A stretch of DNA of 52,096 nt, filler included, from Sphacelaria rigidula (GCA_964200075.2; 4 parts of 4 records of this genome joined end to end with filler, not necessarily neighbours in it), one strand, 5' to 3'; positions 1 through 13,438 are shown, counted from the first letter of the whole stretch. Notes: a model not told the origin generated them from the letters alone. Translations and numbers: made by a program.

Positions 1-65
1 CCCCCCCAAAACAAAAATAACTACCTTCCCCTCCCTTTTTTTTTACAAAAAAAACAAAGGAAACC

Positions 66-98
<33 letters not shown>

Positions 99-100
99 AC

Positions 101-1793
101 CTACAGAACACTTCCAACATCAGGAAGCCCTGCCGACTACAGATAGTGAACCCTGCCCCTGCAGACGCCTTAGAAAATGCAGAAATTCCAAGCCGAAGCT
201 GTAGTCTTCGCGCTTTTCCCAATATACACAACCGAATAGCGCCTTCACCGTAGAAGGGGTCGTCGGTGTGCGTGCAGGTTAGAATGAAGGTGTACATGTG
301 TCTGCCCTTGAGGGGCAGTCTGGTTGCTTAATAACATCGTAGAATGTCACGCACCGATATAACCCTTGGACAATGACTCCCTCGATGACATTGCCCCATC
401 ACCTGAGTTGGTATGGGATTTATTTCAACAAGTTCAGTGTGGTACGAACTTACCTTGATTTCAGTGATGTGACAACTACTTGACTTGAGTGATCAACAAA
501 AAAACTTGGTGGTGTGGTACGGTCACCCAACGTGATCGTTCTAGCACGTTCATGCCATTCAAGAATGTCCCCCCACCTCCTCCCCAGTCGGCCTCCCAAA
601 TGATACTTCTCGGCGCGGAGGTGAGGAGGTGTAGACTCCCGTCCACGTGTTTCTGTATATTTTACTCTCCCTGAAATACACCAAAATCGACTCGCTGGCT
701 TCTAGGCAAGGGGAGGGGGAAGGGACTAAACACCTGCTATCAACATGTCACAGGCATGAACCTCCAAAATGTTCACTTTAGTGAGGAGTAGACTCGGAGT
801 GATCAACTACACACAAATTAACAACGGTAGCCTCGAGTTCGACAGTGTTGTTGCTTTTCAATATTATGGAGGCATTGCAGAGCAATTATAATTCATCATC
901 CGCGGCGTCAAATGGAGACGGTCACGCTTTAAGGCTTCAAACATGCTGAGATTAATTAGAGTAGCAGACGTCCTTGGAAGAGAGGTCTCCACATCAGCAC
1001 GGATACCTGGCGCTATACACCAGTCACAGCGCATTTGGCAGCCGGATGGGAAAGGATGCACATCACTGCGGAAAGTGAAAGCGTTTATTGCACGATATGT
1101 ATCCCGCCACAGCAATACCCGACGAAGTTGACTATGTGCGTTCCTAGTGGCATTACAACGACTGTAGTACTGACTCTACGATTCGAACCACGCCTCGACA
1201 GGACTAGAAAACCCGAGATCCATCCGTGAAGAAAATTAAATTGCCACTTGCACTCTTTACCATTCTGGAATCAAGTGAAAGCTCCGCAAAAGGCCGGACA
1301 CGCGCCAGTTAGAGAAGGGTAAATATCTTCACGTGGGAGCATCTCACCGAGTACTATCCGGTTCACATCCGGTCAATATCCGATTGATTCTGATACAAGA
1401 AAACTACAGCAACCGCCCCTATCATTCTCGGACCGTCGTCGTAACCGCCACGGTAAGTCTGGCACTGTGAGGGAGAAGACGTTTCCCCTTGCCCGTCCGC
1501 AGTAATCCTTGGCAGAAGACACTCTTCTCTTTCGGTACGTTGTGCGGCCGCGTCTTGCTCGACACGGCGTATAAAACCCAAGGGCATCTATCTGCCTCCA
1601 AGATATGGATAACCTTAATTCGTGGTTATTTTCCGTCTTGGTGCCAGCCTCGACCGATAGGGGGCTGATGTCAACAACAAGGATGGCAAGATCTACCCCT
1701 ACCTCCGTGCGGATTTCATATCGTTACCCTCCATGATTGAAATCAAAGAGCGTTCCAGTTTTCGGAATCATCGCAGCAGCGTGCATAACCATG
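101..1793 (-). CDS. Possible exons of an unknown multi-exon gene (partial)
   Basis: Candidate exons ~1793-1728, 1065-1007 and 242-101 join in phase via GT-AG introns (MVMHAAAMIPKTGTLFDFNHGG|DVHPFPSGCQMRCDWCIAP|GAIRLCILGKARR...). No family recognised. Further protein-like segments lie near 2705-2820 and 4070-4440. Confidence 0.2.
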
Positions 1794-4700
1794 CTTTCAA
1801 GCCACGCAGTGCACAGAACGCCTTACGTCGCCGAAACTGCTGCGTGAACACCTACCTACGGCTTCAGTCCACACATGTCACAACTTTCAGCATTATCAGA
1901 CCCCAGGTGTGCTGTGTTGGGGCACCTATTCTCCAAAAATGCCACCTCCATATCTTTGATGTTGAAAAGGAACAAAAGGAACAAAAGGAACAAGACCAAT
2001 AATCTTGAGGAGAGATCGACTGGGTTGCCAAGTTACCGTACCGTACTTGCAGAACATCTTACATGCCATGATTAGAGACAGGGGAAGCAGAGGTCGTATA
2101 ACGAGTGGACATTAGCATTGCTTCATCCTTCGACGGCTGCATTTGTCTTTCAGCGTAATTCCAAGCTTTTTCTCGGTTTTTGTGCAAGATATTTTTTTCT
2201 TCTGGACCGAACAGGTGACGAGCGTGGGGGCACATCTGAGAGATATGCAACCCATTGCTGTAAATCTGACTTGTTTTTTCCAGAAAATGACTCGTCTGCT
2301 ATGTTGAGATATAAATCAGTACATTTGAGATCCCGCACAGGAAGACGACAAGCTTCACAAACCTCAGACCTCAGATCTCAGACCTCAAACCATCGCCGTT
2401 CCGTTCCTCCACACGATGCATGGTCAATACTTTGTTTTAGGTGTGCAGGATACTGCGTGTAGGATGAAGATATTACTTGTCATATGTTACAAACACGTGC
2501 GCATCAACACTCATGCCTTCTCCCTCTCACCGCCCGCTTTAGTTGTTCCGGCTTCATATCCACGGAAAGCCTTGCGAGTTTTCGTATAAAATACGTACGC
2601 CCACTGGCCGTCTAGAACCCAACTTTTAGGTCAGGTGCAACGGCGTTGCGGGGAGGGGGGGTTGGAGGGGCGAAGTAATTGCCCTCGTGGAAACGACGCG
2701 TACATAGAAAAGGGGCGTCGCCACGCTTATGACGCGCGTCCTCATCACTTGAGCGTAAGCCCCAACCACCAGCATACGCTCGTAACATTGAATGCTGGTT
2801 TCCACAAGAGGCATAAATAACTGTTATCTGAATTTTCTCGAAACTCAACAATCATGACTCAGGAATACTTGACATGTTGGTTGAGTAGCTGAGCAGATGA
2901 CAATCCATCAGCGGGCTCGTCTGGGAGCTTGTGTCACACTATAGTGGCAACCGGAAAGCATAAGAGCGCGGATTGGCAACGAGTTCTTGTGCTCTGCACG
3001 TGTCCTTGGACAGCTGGTGTTGGAAAAGAAAATGATATGATTTCCTGCGATGCTTGACCCACACAGCACCGCAAGCACAGCGCGCGGCATATGCTAATAG
3101 GGAAGACAACATCATGACCACCGTACTGTACTTGACGTCACTTGTGCGGTGTCCATACATTCACACTGCCATGTGTCCTGTACTGTCCATAGGGCATCTA
3201 TCTTCCTTTAAACAGGCAACAGTAGCTTGGTATTTCCAAATATACGGCACCACAAAAGCGCACCAGGCGGTCGGGATTTTTAGGTGAATGCCGCAGCGGG
3301 GCGACGCAATCTCATCATTCATGACACCGACAGAGAGCGGAAAGCAGAGCACGTGGCATTTACAGTGGTACTGACGAATAAGACATCACTACCTCCCATC
3401 ACTATTCATGGGCAAAGATTGAGAAAGAGGGACAGGGGAATACACTCGGATACAGTACCGAAAAAGGTGACAAGCAAGCAAGAAAGAAAGCACAACTACC
3501 AAGTTCGCAGCAGAAACCGGTAGCTTGCAAGGCAACCACCTCTCACAAACTAGGCCAAGCCACAAGTAGTCAAGTCATCACCAGAGGTATACAGTATACA
3601 AAGTTTGTGCACTTGTTCGTTTTGTCATCACCAACTATGTGCCGACCCCACTTGCGCATGCAGAGAGCAGCAACAACGAGACACGTTTGCAACCAAACTC
3701 CTTTCTGGACACTATCCTCTCTTTTTTCACCTTGACTCAATGACTTCATGATTCCATGACTTGACGTGCGGTTCGTCAACAAAAATTGCTTCCTCAAGTA
3801 TTCGTTTGGCTTGCGTTCATGAAAAAAATACCGGCTTTTTGCGAGGGAAAAGTAGATGTATTCATTTTTCCACGGGCTCACGCCGCCAAAAAAAGCTTCA
3901 AAACTTTTCCAATGGCGCAAAACATTCTCGCCGCTAGGTGGCGAGAAATATCACCTTCAGGATGATGTGGTACTCGCAACACCCACACATGGGTCCGTAA
4001 AAGGGGGCTGTAAAGTGAAGATCTTATTTGAAGGTGCTCATTTTTCAGGCGGGGCTCGGAAGAGGGGCCTGCCTCAAAGCCTTCAACTGCTCCGTCAACT
4101 ATGGTGTTTAGGAGTTCGAACCTAAGTTTTGAGCGTTGACGCGCAGCGGGAATCTAAAGGTGTGAAGATCCAAACAAGGAAAGTCGTCTTCCAATAGAAG
4201 AGCTCGCTACTGATTCCCGACGATAAGTTTTTCTTCCGAAATATATATTTTTGGAAGCCCTCGAATGACCCCCTTGGAATGTTTCACGCGCCCCTACCCT
4301 GATTATTTCGGGCTCTCGCCTTCTACCCTTCTTGGAATGCCTTCTTGAATTCATAGTAAACGACTTGATTTTTTAACATTCTTCGGTACATCCGAATACA
4401 CACTGAGACTTGAAGGTTTGTGGAATATTGTTTCTCGGCTTAACCGATGGACGGTGACGACCTGAGAGGCTGACACGAACATCGCATTACCCCCCTTCGT
4501 GTCAGTAATGTACACAACGAATTTCAGAGCGACGCGTCACGAATTGGGCATGAATCCACATGCAGTCCTTTTGTGAACCAAGACTTTCTCCTCGTCACTA
4601 TTTGATCATCATCCCCCTCCTCGCTCGGGACGACTTTGAAGTCGCTGCTGCTGAGGAATCCAACCACCTCCCGCCCGGGATTATGTTCCTCAAGAATGCA

Positions 4701-5001
4701 GCTGGCAGCCCTTATACATAATAATGTCGTGAGATACTTCAAAATATCAACACTGCACAGATGGCCGAACAGTGTACACGACGCCCTTCAGCACGTTTGT
4801 ACTTCGAAGTGGTACTTTTCGCGACAGTTCACGAAATCTTTAGCGTCAAAGTTTTCTTATATGCCCCTTTTTATTGGCTGAGCTCGCACCACAAATGTCT
4901 GTAGAATAATCATCAAAGTAAATAATAATTGATCCCATACACAACATGGCAAACCATCAAACACAGAGCAGAGAACAAGAGGCTACGTGTTCCAATCTTA
5001 C

Positions 5002-8000
5002 CTGGACTTCCTTGACCAGCGCATCGTAGGCGTGTTCCAGGCTATCCAATACCCCAGTAGGCTGCTCATCGTAGTACTCCAGTCCTCTCAACGATGCACG
5101 GCTGCCGGGCTGGGCAACGATGTCATCCAGGGTTCGGGCAACAAAGCTCGCAACCCTGTGAGAGGTGTGGAGAGTTTCAACCGTAACGGCTCTAAGGAAT
5201 GATTGGGTACCCTTCCGAAGCCCCCTCAGCACCCGTCCATCACGCCGGTACTGCTCAACAGGGAGAAGCACGAGATCCGCGACACCTTTGCCGACGGTGA
5301 CCTGCAGTAGCGTCAACAAGCCGTTGTACAAGTCGTTTTTGTTTTTTTCATCACGATTTGGGAATGCAGTTGGGAAGTCTCCCTTCACGGGTATCGATCC
5401 AGCTTCCTCCCTATTGGCGATACAAACCTCACTTTCCAGGTTTACCCCACTCACCAGAGGACGGACAGCAGTAGTTCCCGCCAAAAAGTTGTGGAGTTGA
5501 TTAGATGTGATATCTTGGACCCACGACTGGGGCAGGGAGAGCAAAGAGAGAAGGGTGCCATGAGTCAGAGACTGCCCTTCAGTGGACTCCAGCTTCTTAC
5601 TGCATTATAAATGTAATCACCCCGTGCCCCACCGAACAAGACCTGCTGGATTCTTCGTGGATGATCAAGTCGCAGGTGGGCCCTTGGGGGTAACCATGCA
5701 CGTGTGTTCATGTCATTTCATTCATCAATAGTACGTATTCCTTTCGTAACACTATTCGAATGGTTTGAATGTCAAGCCTGCCGGCAACCTGTGATCTTAT
5801 CCGCAGACCGTGCCGCATGCCCATCCCGGTACCGGTACCGGTACCTACCTACGGCGGCCAGTGTTAATTTCCCATGAAACCACGCCACTACAAGATAGCT
5901 GGCCCATGTGGTCGAAGAATGACTGCAGCAAGGCACGCCGTAGGGATACATACCTCGACTATGCATACCTGGAGGAGGAGTTGCCCTGCACCATCCCACC
6001 CTGACAAGCCCGTGAGGAGCAGTTTCTTGAGAGTCAACTGCACTCCCTCCAGGGGGAACAAGTTCAGCAGTTCCAGATAGTCTCCGTTTTGGAGAGCATT
6101 CACCTTGATTGCGCGTGGTTGGTAGTCGATCTTCACCTGATGGGCAGGTATGCACAAGAGGAAACAACGGTTAGGCTAGCATTAATTTGAGTCGTTGTGT
6201 CGGATACCGGTATATTCTACGAGCGTACCGACATCCTCGTCACGTTTACGAATACACCTCGACGAGTCTGAAACCGACATGTACCTTGCAGGCACCAACA
6301 TCGCAGCAAGATATGAAGAACGGACTGGCGTCCTTGTCAGCGGTTGTCTCTCCATCTCTCCTGTCTCTCGCATGAAGGTCGTGGTTCGTCGATTCCTTTG
6401 GTGAAAATGAGCGGAGGAAATCCACTGTGTGTTGCCCAAACGACAGCCAGATGGGCAGGATGCGAACCTTAAGCATGAGCTCGTCTCCAAGCGGGGTATC
6501 CTCGGGGCAATAGTGATCGGAAGGACTCCTCGCCGTCATACGAACGGTCACCATCTTTTGTTGGTGCTCTCGTGGGTGGCGAAGATCATCGCGCCAGTGT
6601 TGCAACGTCTTGCGTGGACGACTGCTGGTGAGTGTGTCCGAAGCGTACAAGTTCTTGATGGTGAAAAGCATATTGGAGAGCACACTTGGTGGACTCTCCG
6701 GGTGAAAACTATCCAATCGAAGGTTCGAATTCTGCAGAACGACCTCCAGCATACATGACGTATCACGGCCTGTAGATCGAATAGAGCCCGTTGCACCAGG
6801 GTCGCGGTTCAGCAGCTTGACTCTGGGCTGACGTGAGCTACGGCACCGCGGCGGATCGCCATCTCGCCTACCTCCATCGTCCTGATAGTTTTCTAGCAAA
6901 GCGTCAAGAAGCTCCGCCTTCCTCGGCTTCGAGGCATCGTTCGTCGTATACGACACGTTCGAGTTTTCGCGACTTCGTCCCCGTGCGCGACCTTTTGCCT
7001 CAATGGAAGCATCTGACGGCGATCCTCGCTTCATCTTCCTGCTGTGACCTCGACGATCAGCCGCTCCTGTTTTTCTGTGGGTGTTTCTACTCTCACCGGT
7101 ACAGCCGTGAGCCCAGTCGCGTCCCTTGAAAAGTCGCCAGCAAACCGACAGGTCGTGGATCGCCAATTGGAATTGCAGTTTCTGGTCGACGCGGCCAGAA
7201 GTTTTCATCTCAGGTTCTCCGTCGGTATTTTTCTCAAGCCCACTCCCCAACACTAGCAGCGGGTCACCTGAACGGAACGGCAATGAGGCTGCTTCCGCCG
7301 TGGCCGGGATGGGAATGTAATGGGGATATATGCGAAACTCCTCTGTCTCACAATGAGAAGAATGCTGGCATTCAACATCGGTCGCCGAGGTAGTGTCACC
7401 GCTCCTGCCAAGCCATCGCGCTTCTTGCTCACCATTCAACGGCGTCGTCTTCTTGGGAGTGTCATTGCCATATCCCGCGCCACCTATTGAATTGGGCGTA
7501 TATTCTGTCCACGCACCGGTACCCTGTTGGAGCGCAGACTGTTCCCCCTGAAAAACTGGATCGTTCTGCGAAGATAGCGCCGGAAGCGCCATGTCTCTCG
7601 TGTACGGTTGAGAAGCCAATGGCGGTGACATTGACTCCTCTCGTGCAGCGACTGCGGCTGCGGCTGCGGTTGCAATTCCATCTCCGTTTTCTGCCACACC
7701 ATCTAGATCATTACCATGCGGTTGATATTCTTCATGCTGGTCAATCTCGTTGACTTCCTCTGATTTCGACTCCCCTCCCCCTTCCCACGATGGCATCGCC
7801 TCGGGTAGCTTCTCCTCGTCTTCCACGATAGGGCCATCAGTGTCGTGTCTGGATTCCAACTCAATCTCGATGGGGGCCGGTAAACTGAAGCTGAATGCGC
7901 TTCGTTTAGCGGTATCACTTTGATATGGCAATTTAGAATCAAAGGTAGCGCCGACCGAAGCTTCTTCATCATCTGTGCGACGCAAGTTGTCGTGACACAC

Positions 8001-11000
8001 GCGCGTGATCAAGTATCAAGCTCAGCGTCGCGACTAGCAAAAGGCACTATCGCTACAGTAGGTGCACAACACGCGCAGCGGACTGCTTCACCTACGGAAA
8101 TGGATCCCTGAGGGCGTGAGCTGTAATCACGACCTGTACAAAAGAAATTCGGTCACCTTCAGAATCAGACGTTTCTTCAGCAGACTCCATCGAAAGGGTC
8201 TCGTCATGATGCTGTTGTTTCGGAGCTGTCAACCATTGAGCAGGCCCCTCCTCAGAGATGTAGGACGACGACGCCGTTTGGTCCGCAGGATGACCCTCGA
8301 TGGGGTCGACCTGTTCTGGAATATCGCCTTCTTGAATGATGCCATGTGCGTCTTGCTTCTCAGTTGGATTGACAGATACGCAGTAGTAATCTTCGATGAC
8401 GACGGCCCGCGGCTTGCTTGACTCACCAACGCTGGACTCGGCAGTACCCAAAGACTCAGAGCCCACCAGTCCATTGGGCACGTCTGAAGGAACGGCTCGC
8501 GAAAGCTTTTTGCCGCTCCTGACAAGCGGCACGGCACCCATCAAACATAGCATACAAAGCGGTATTCGTTGCCCAGCATTTGTCTCACAATCGACAAGCG
8601 CATTTCTTGCGAGTTGGCGAGTAACAACATTAAGCAAACCGCGACTACTTGAACACTCGCAGCGTATCAGCCGAGTTGATAATCAACTGCAGCGTGAGGC
8701 ATCACCATCAATCTAGAACAGCAAGGTACTGTAGTGCGTACTCCATAAAACGACGGATAAAAATACTGATTTCCACGTCTGGTCCATCCGTAACTCTTAC
8801 CCGGGTAAGAAAGCGTCTTGTTCAACGTCATCTAGCAACGACGTGAGCGCGGGTTCCTGCACCCCGTGATGGCTTTCCTGCCCAACCTGGCGGTCTGGCT
8901 GTCTTACAATAGGCGCGGCGGGTGCCACTGACGCCGCTCGACACTCGTTTACCAACGCCCACCATTCTCCCAGCAATGCCTGCATCGACGTGGACAGCAG
9001 GAATCCGCGGCGGGGAGAAGCTGTAGTTACAGTATTTGGCACTACTACAGAGTAATGTATCGGGTACTGTTTCAATTTCCATGTTGCTCAGTAGCCTCGC
9101 TCTTGTTCCTCTGTCGAACTGTCGGCCCTCTAAATATTAGAAGACTGATTGCAGATGTCAACATAGAAGCGGCCACCCATGTTTTACTTCACAAGAAAAC
9201 AGACCGCTCAGTGGTTCAGTATACAAGGCAATGATATGTCTACACACGTTATTTTCTCGCACACACAAAACGGAACTGTGACTTCACCAAGCCCTCCCTC
9301 ACGAGACTGCGATTGGATCATGACCCTGGTTCGTTTCATTACTGTCTTACTTAGCCATCATCCTGTAAAGGGGTCACTAAAGCAATTCAGGCGGACGTAT
9401 GCTATTTCACAGAATTCGCTGGCGTCGCCTTTGCGATGAGTCACTGAGCGAGACGGTCCTCGATACAGGTAGCCAGCCCATCGTTTTGGATCGCCCTCGC
9501 CAAATGATGTGGTGCCATCGAACAGGCGACTCTTGGGTCTTCGTAACGTACCACGACGAACCCTAAGGCAGTGCATAACCCCTTAAAAATATTTCTCAGG
9601 AATTTGTTGTGGCAACTCGACAGTTCACCAGTGTGTTTCTGTTGCGTGGAGAATTATCCTAATGTTTCGGCTCAAAACGTGCTGGCCATTGCGTGTGCCC
9701 GTCCATGATGGGTCGACCGTTTACGCGCATGCTACCAGTACATTCATTACCTGACATGTGCTGAGCGAATCTTGACATGTGTAAACGTGGAGTATTCCCA
9801 TCCATAGCTCAACCGCCGCGAACGCGTCTGGAGGTGCCACGACTTGTGTACGGGTCCGTAGGAACGCGTCAAGAAAATTCAGCGTTGCTATCTAGGGAAC
9901 CCAAGGACAACAAACGGACGGGAAGTCAGGTACACTAGGTTAGAGAGGAATGCGCCTGTGGGAGTGAAGGCGAACCTGGCGCGGTGTAACCTCAGCGATG
10001 CACTCGGAAATGTGCTCAACTACTCGCCTGCACAAAGTGTGACATCTCCAGGTATTCCTGCACTGACGATACATCAGGCTCAGACGAGCACCCGCGCTGC
10101 TCTCGCGCCTGCAGCGCGCCCTGGCATAGCCCCCAGTCTTCATCATGATAGTCCATGGCACGGTTTGACATGTGCAAAGCGATGTCACGAATGACCACCT
10201 TAAAACCCTGCACAAGAAGCCGTGTCCGCGAAAACACAGCGTACAGTCGAAGCATGTGTGCGAGTTCAGCCACACAAGAATAACGGATTGAATGACTGAA
10301 TGGATGCTCAGTGTCGACGTCAGGGCAAATCGACGGAACACGGGCCCTCATTACCGCCCCCCACGAAACTCACCTGCATGCGAGCACCCGCCACCATATT
10401 ACTCGAAACACGTAAGACGCCAATCGGGAACACAGCACGTCCTTCCGTAGCCGAACAGTCACTAGAACTTACTCCCCGTGCGTTCCCCGGTGCCTGCGAC
10501 GCACGCTTCCCTGTACCGCCGCTGTCAGAGCACAAGCGCAAAAAACAGATATTGTACGTCTAAAATATACACACATATATATAGGTAGATCCATCATTTC
10601 ACATTTTTCACCACTTTCGCCGAGTTTTCTCAGGCAGCAAAGCATTTTATCCCGCGCTTTCTTTTGGAGCGCACAAAGAAGGCTCAGCGGTACATTACTG
10701 TTCAGGTTTGGGTGTCATCTGATACCTGTGGCGCGTGCTCTGGCCACCGAAAGACGCTCAAACTGGCCCTTTTTCGCGGGGTGTCGATCCCGAACCACAA
10801 AGCCTGTTGAAGATCATGGAAAACTTGAAACAGGATGACTTTCGGCGGGGTATTTTCTTCCCGTGTTTCTCTTTGTCGCGTTCTCGTTCATTTGAGAGCA
10901 CGAACACACCGGTTATGCCGCCAATGTCACGAGAATATGAGAGCAAAGCAGTTGAAAACAATTGGACATTGCCTTGGCCTCAGCCAGCAGCAAACACAAG

Positions 11001-12569
11001 ACCATGCAATAGACCCTTGGCGAGTTGAACAAGGCACAGTAGCACGGCACCACAGGAATGTTTTGCCGCAAAAAACAAACACCCTGTTTCAAAACAAGGC
11101 CCGGTGACGTGGAAGCCAGAGTGATGTGCAATCATTCAAGGGCAGGTCGAGTAGAGTATACTCAATTGCGGGGTATTTTGAAAGACGTACTTGGGGCACT
11201 CGAGTTAGGGTAGAGTGTTGGGAGTCGTACCTAAAAAATAGCTGGGAACCGATTCCTGAAATTTTACTCCCAATTTGTGTACTTCAAGTACGACTTTCAA
11301 AATGCCCCGCAATTGAGTATACTCTACTCGACCTACCCTTGCAATCATTTCAGACAAGAACCACCACTCTCATGTCTAGAGAAATGCAGACTTTCATGTG
11401 CAGCGAAAAACGACAGCACTGAAGGAAAATGCCCGTTAAAATGAATGGTCCAGTGAAAAAAAGACCGATGAAAAAGGCCCGGGAAAAAGTTCGGCCGGCT
11501 TTAAAAGAAACGCAACTCTCATGTGCAGAGAAAAAGTGAAGCACTGAAACAACAGATCCGCGAGCTTCCCAAGTGACAAAAGCGTGCTTGAAATGTTCCA
11601 CGCATTCCACTTTTTTGGGAAGTGCCTCCCGCTGACATGTCTTTGTGGCACGAGAGCTACTTCGCACCCTGACACCTCGGAATACCACATATGTCCTGCG
11701 CCGACCAAACGTACAATAGCGTTCAAAATCACTTTCAGCTCATGTTGCATCCGTACGCATGAGCCACACATGTCGAATTTTTTGCCGCCCAACATTTGTA
11801 CAACCTTCACATCCGTGTGGCTCAAGTTGGTGAACCTTATCCGGAGCCACCATCCGATAACACATGCGATGTTTTGAACAGCCACGATCACTACTGTGCA
11901 TTGAGATACAACAGCCTCTCTTATCCATATATTTTCGACTTGCGTCACCCCCGGGAGGCCCTCACCAATCTCCCGAAGGGGGGGGCGTACTCATTTGTTG
12001 CTTGCCTTAGTCATTTGACCATTGACCACGCATCCCTTTCGAGACGGAGCATCTCAGACGGAGCATCTCCCGAAGGGGAACCTTGTATACATATATATAT
12101 ATATATATATATTCTTCGCAACATTGACACACGAGTCTGGTAGGGACAACCCTAGACTTGTAACTGTGAGCGGCACATCTTCTTGTACCATCATGGCCCG
12201 TGACTGCACAGAGCGGGCCACTTCTACAGCAAGCAGACATAATTCAACGCAAGCTTTCCACACATGACAAAAGCGAATGAGAGTGAAGCCCAGGTGACGG
12301 CCGCCACTGGCGAGACGAATAAAGCAACGTGCAAAAGCTAAGGCCCTGCAACAAACTAAACTCACCCTTGTGAGCGTGGCATATAGTCCACCAGGCCATT
12401 GAAAACCGTAATGAACATCTTCGTCAAGCCCCCATCCTGCTCCCCAAGCCCGTCCGCTTGTACGTGTGGCCCGGGTCCATGGCTGTTCCCCACGGGCCCT
12501 CTCCCCGCAGGCACGTCGCCAACCACCAAGCCCAACAAGCGAGGCAGCCAGCTCGACGCCACCGTGTGT
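5002..12569 (-). CDS. ATG2: Autophagy-related protein 2 (ATG2), partial, multi-exon
   Basis: Phase-consistent exons: 12569-12366, 10521-10374, 10207-10028, 9891-9751, 8979-8801, 8518-8157, 7972-6285, 6136-5969, 5526-5455, 5301-5002. ATG2 hallmarks: LHVYTCQDS (CAD-type motif), VKIDYQPRAIKVNALQNGDYLELLNLFPLEGVQLTLKKLLLTGLSGWD, WVQDITSNQLHNFLAG..VRPLVTVGKGVADLVLLPVEQYRRDGRVLRGLRKG. The 5' part is probably off the contig and the terminal exon was not located. Confidence 0.9.
11137..11341. mobile_element. MITE with long TIRs and 8-bp TSD (hAT/P-element-like), in an ATG2 intron
   Basis: ~55-bp TIRs CAAGGGCAGGTCGAGTAGAGTATACTCAATTGCGGGG... / ...CCCCGCAATTGAGTATACTCTACTCGACCTACCCTTG, with a perfect CAATCATT duplication on both sides. 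Confidence 0.9.
11978..12051 (-). repeat. Poly(C)-tailed ~70-nt interspersed element, copy 1
   Basis: Minus strand reads TGCTCCGTCTCGAAAGGGATGCGTGGTCAATGGTCAAATGACTAAGGCAAGCAACAAATGAGTACGC+C-run. Flanked by the direct repeat ATCTCCCGAAGGGG (11968-11981 and 12065-12078). Confidence 0.85.
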
Positions 12570-12951
12570 CTACAGAAGGCAACAGCGCAGGGGGAAACGG
12601 GCCCAAACATGGTGAATGAACGAACTCTACCGCACAACACTTGATAATCGTAACAGAGGTGTGCCCCGGGTGACAAACATACGGTCCACTAGCGACCCAT
12701 GTACGAGAAACGACACGTTACCGAGACACGTTACGTTTTTGCTCCAAACTTTTCCCCAAGCATATTTGTGAATCTCCGTTCGTGCACCCAATGTCCGAAC
12801 ACATCATGTCCAAGCGGGTACGTGAACACGCGCTATCGCCGTAGATACGCTCCGTTGTCTTTGTAGAAGCTCGTTTCTCCCCTAGGCGGCCACTGTTTGG
12901 CAACAGGAAAAGTAGAAAGAGAGGGAGAACACTTGCGAGTCACGCTAAAAC

Positions 12952-13051
12952 NNNNNNNNNNNNNNNNNNNNNNNNNNNNNNNNNNNNNNNNNNNNTTAAT
13001 TAATTAANNNNNNNNNNNNNNNNNNNNNNNNNNNNNNNNNNNNNNNNNNNN
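12952..13051. other. Artificial contig linker (N-run with TTAATTAATTAA)
   Basis: 100-bp N spacer with a six-frame stop cassette, identical to the linkers at 26001 and 39049. Confidence 0.97.
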
Positions 13052-13194
13052 GGGAGGAGGGCATGGCTCGGCAGGGCGTGGGGTCAGCGGGCGTGGGGGG
13101 TGGGCGGGGGGTGGGGAGGGAGGGGGAGCGTGCTCATTTGTTGCTTGCCTTAGTCGTTTGACCATTGACCACGCATCCCTTTCGAGACGGAGCA
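13052..13194 (-). repeat. Poly(C)-tailed element, copy 2, with long impure C-rich tail
   Basis: Core 13128-13194 is near-identical to copy 1. A G-rich tract on the + strand runs to the contig end. Confidence 0.8.
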
Positions 13195-13438
13195 CACGGC
13201 GGCCGAGCGCTTGCATGCATGTACAGTACTTGATTTGTCGGCAAATCGTGTTGCGGGGGGAAGGAGCAAAAATACAGCATGTAGAATTCATCGGACACTT
13301 GATGAGAGAATGAATCCTTGCAAGATGACAACCACTTCTTGCTTTTTTTGTCCGACGTTATAGAGCAGCTGAATGTTCTCACGTATTCTTTATTTTTTTC
13401 AGTCGGAGCTCCCATTTCCCGGCACTCGCCTTGGCGCC

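Noticed and set aside
11436-11948. 170-aa ORF with a CxxC motif (KFDMCGSCVR), possible transposase remnant in an ATG2 intron
   Set aside because: No catalytic motif or element ends could be identified, so it is too weak to call.
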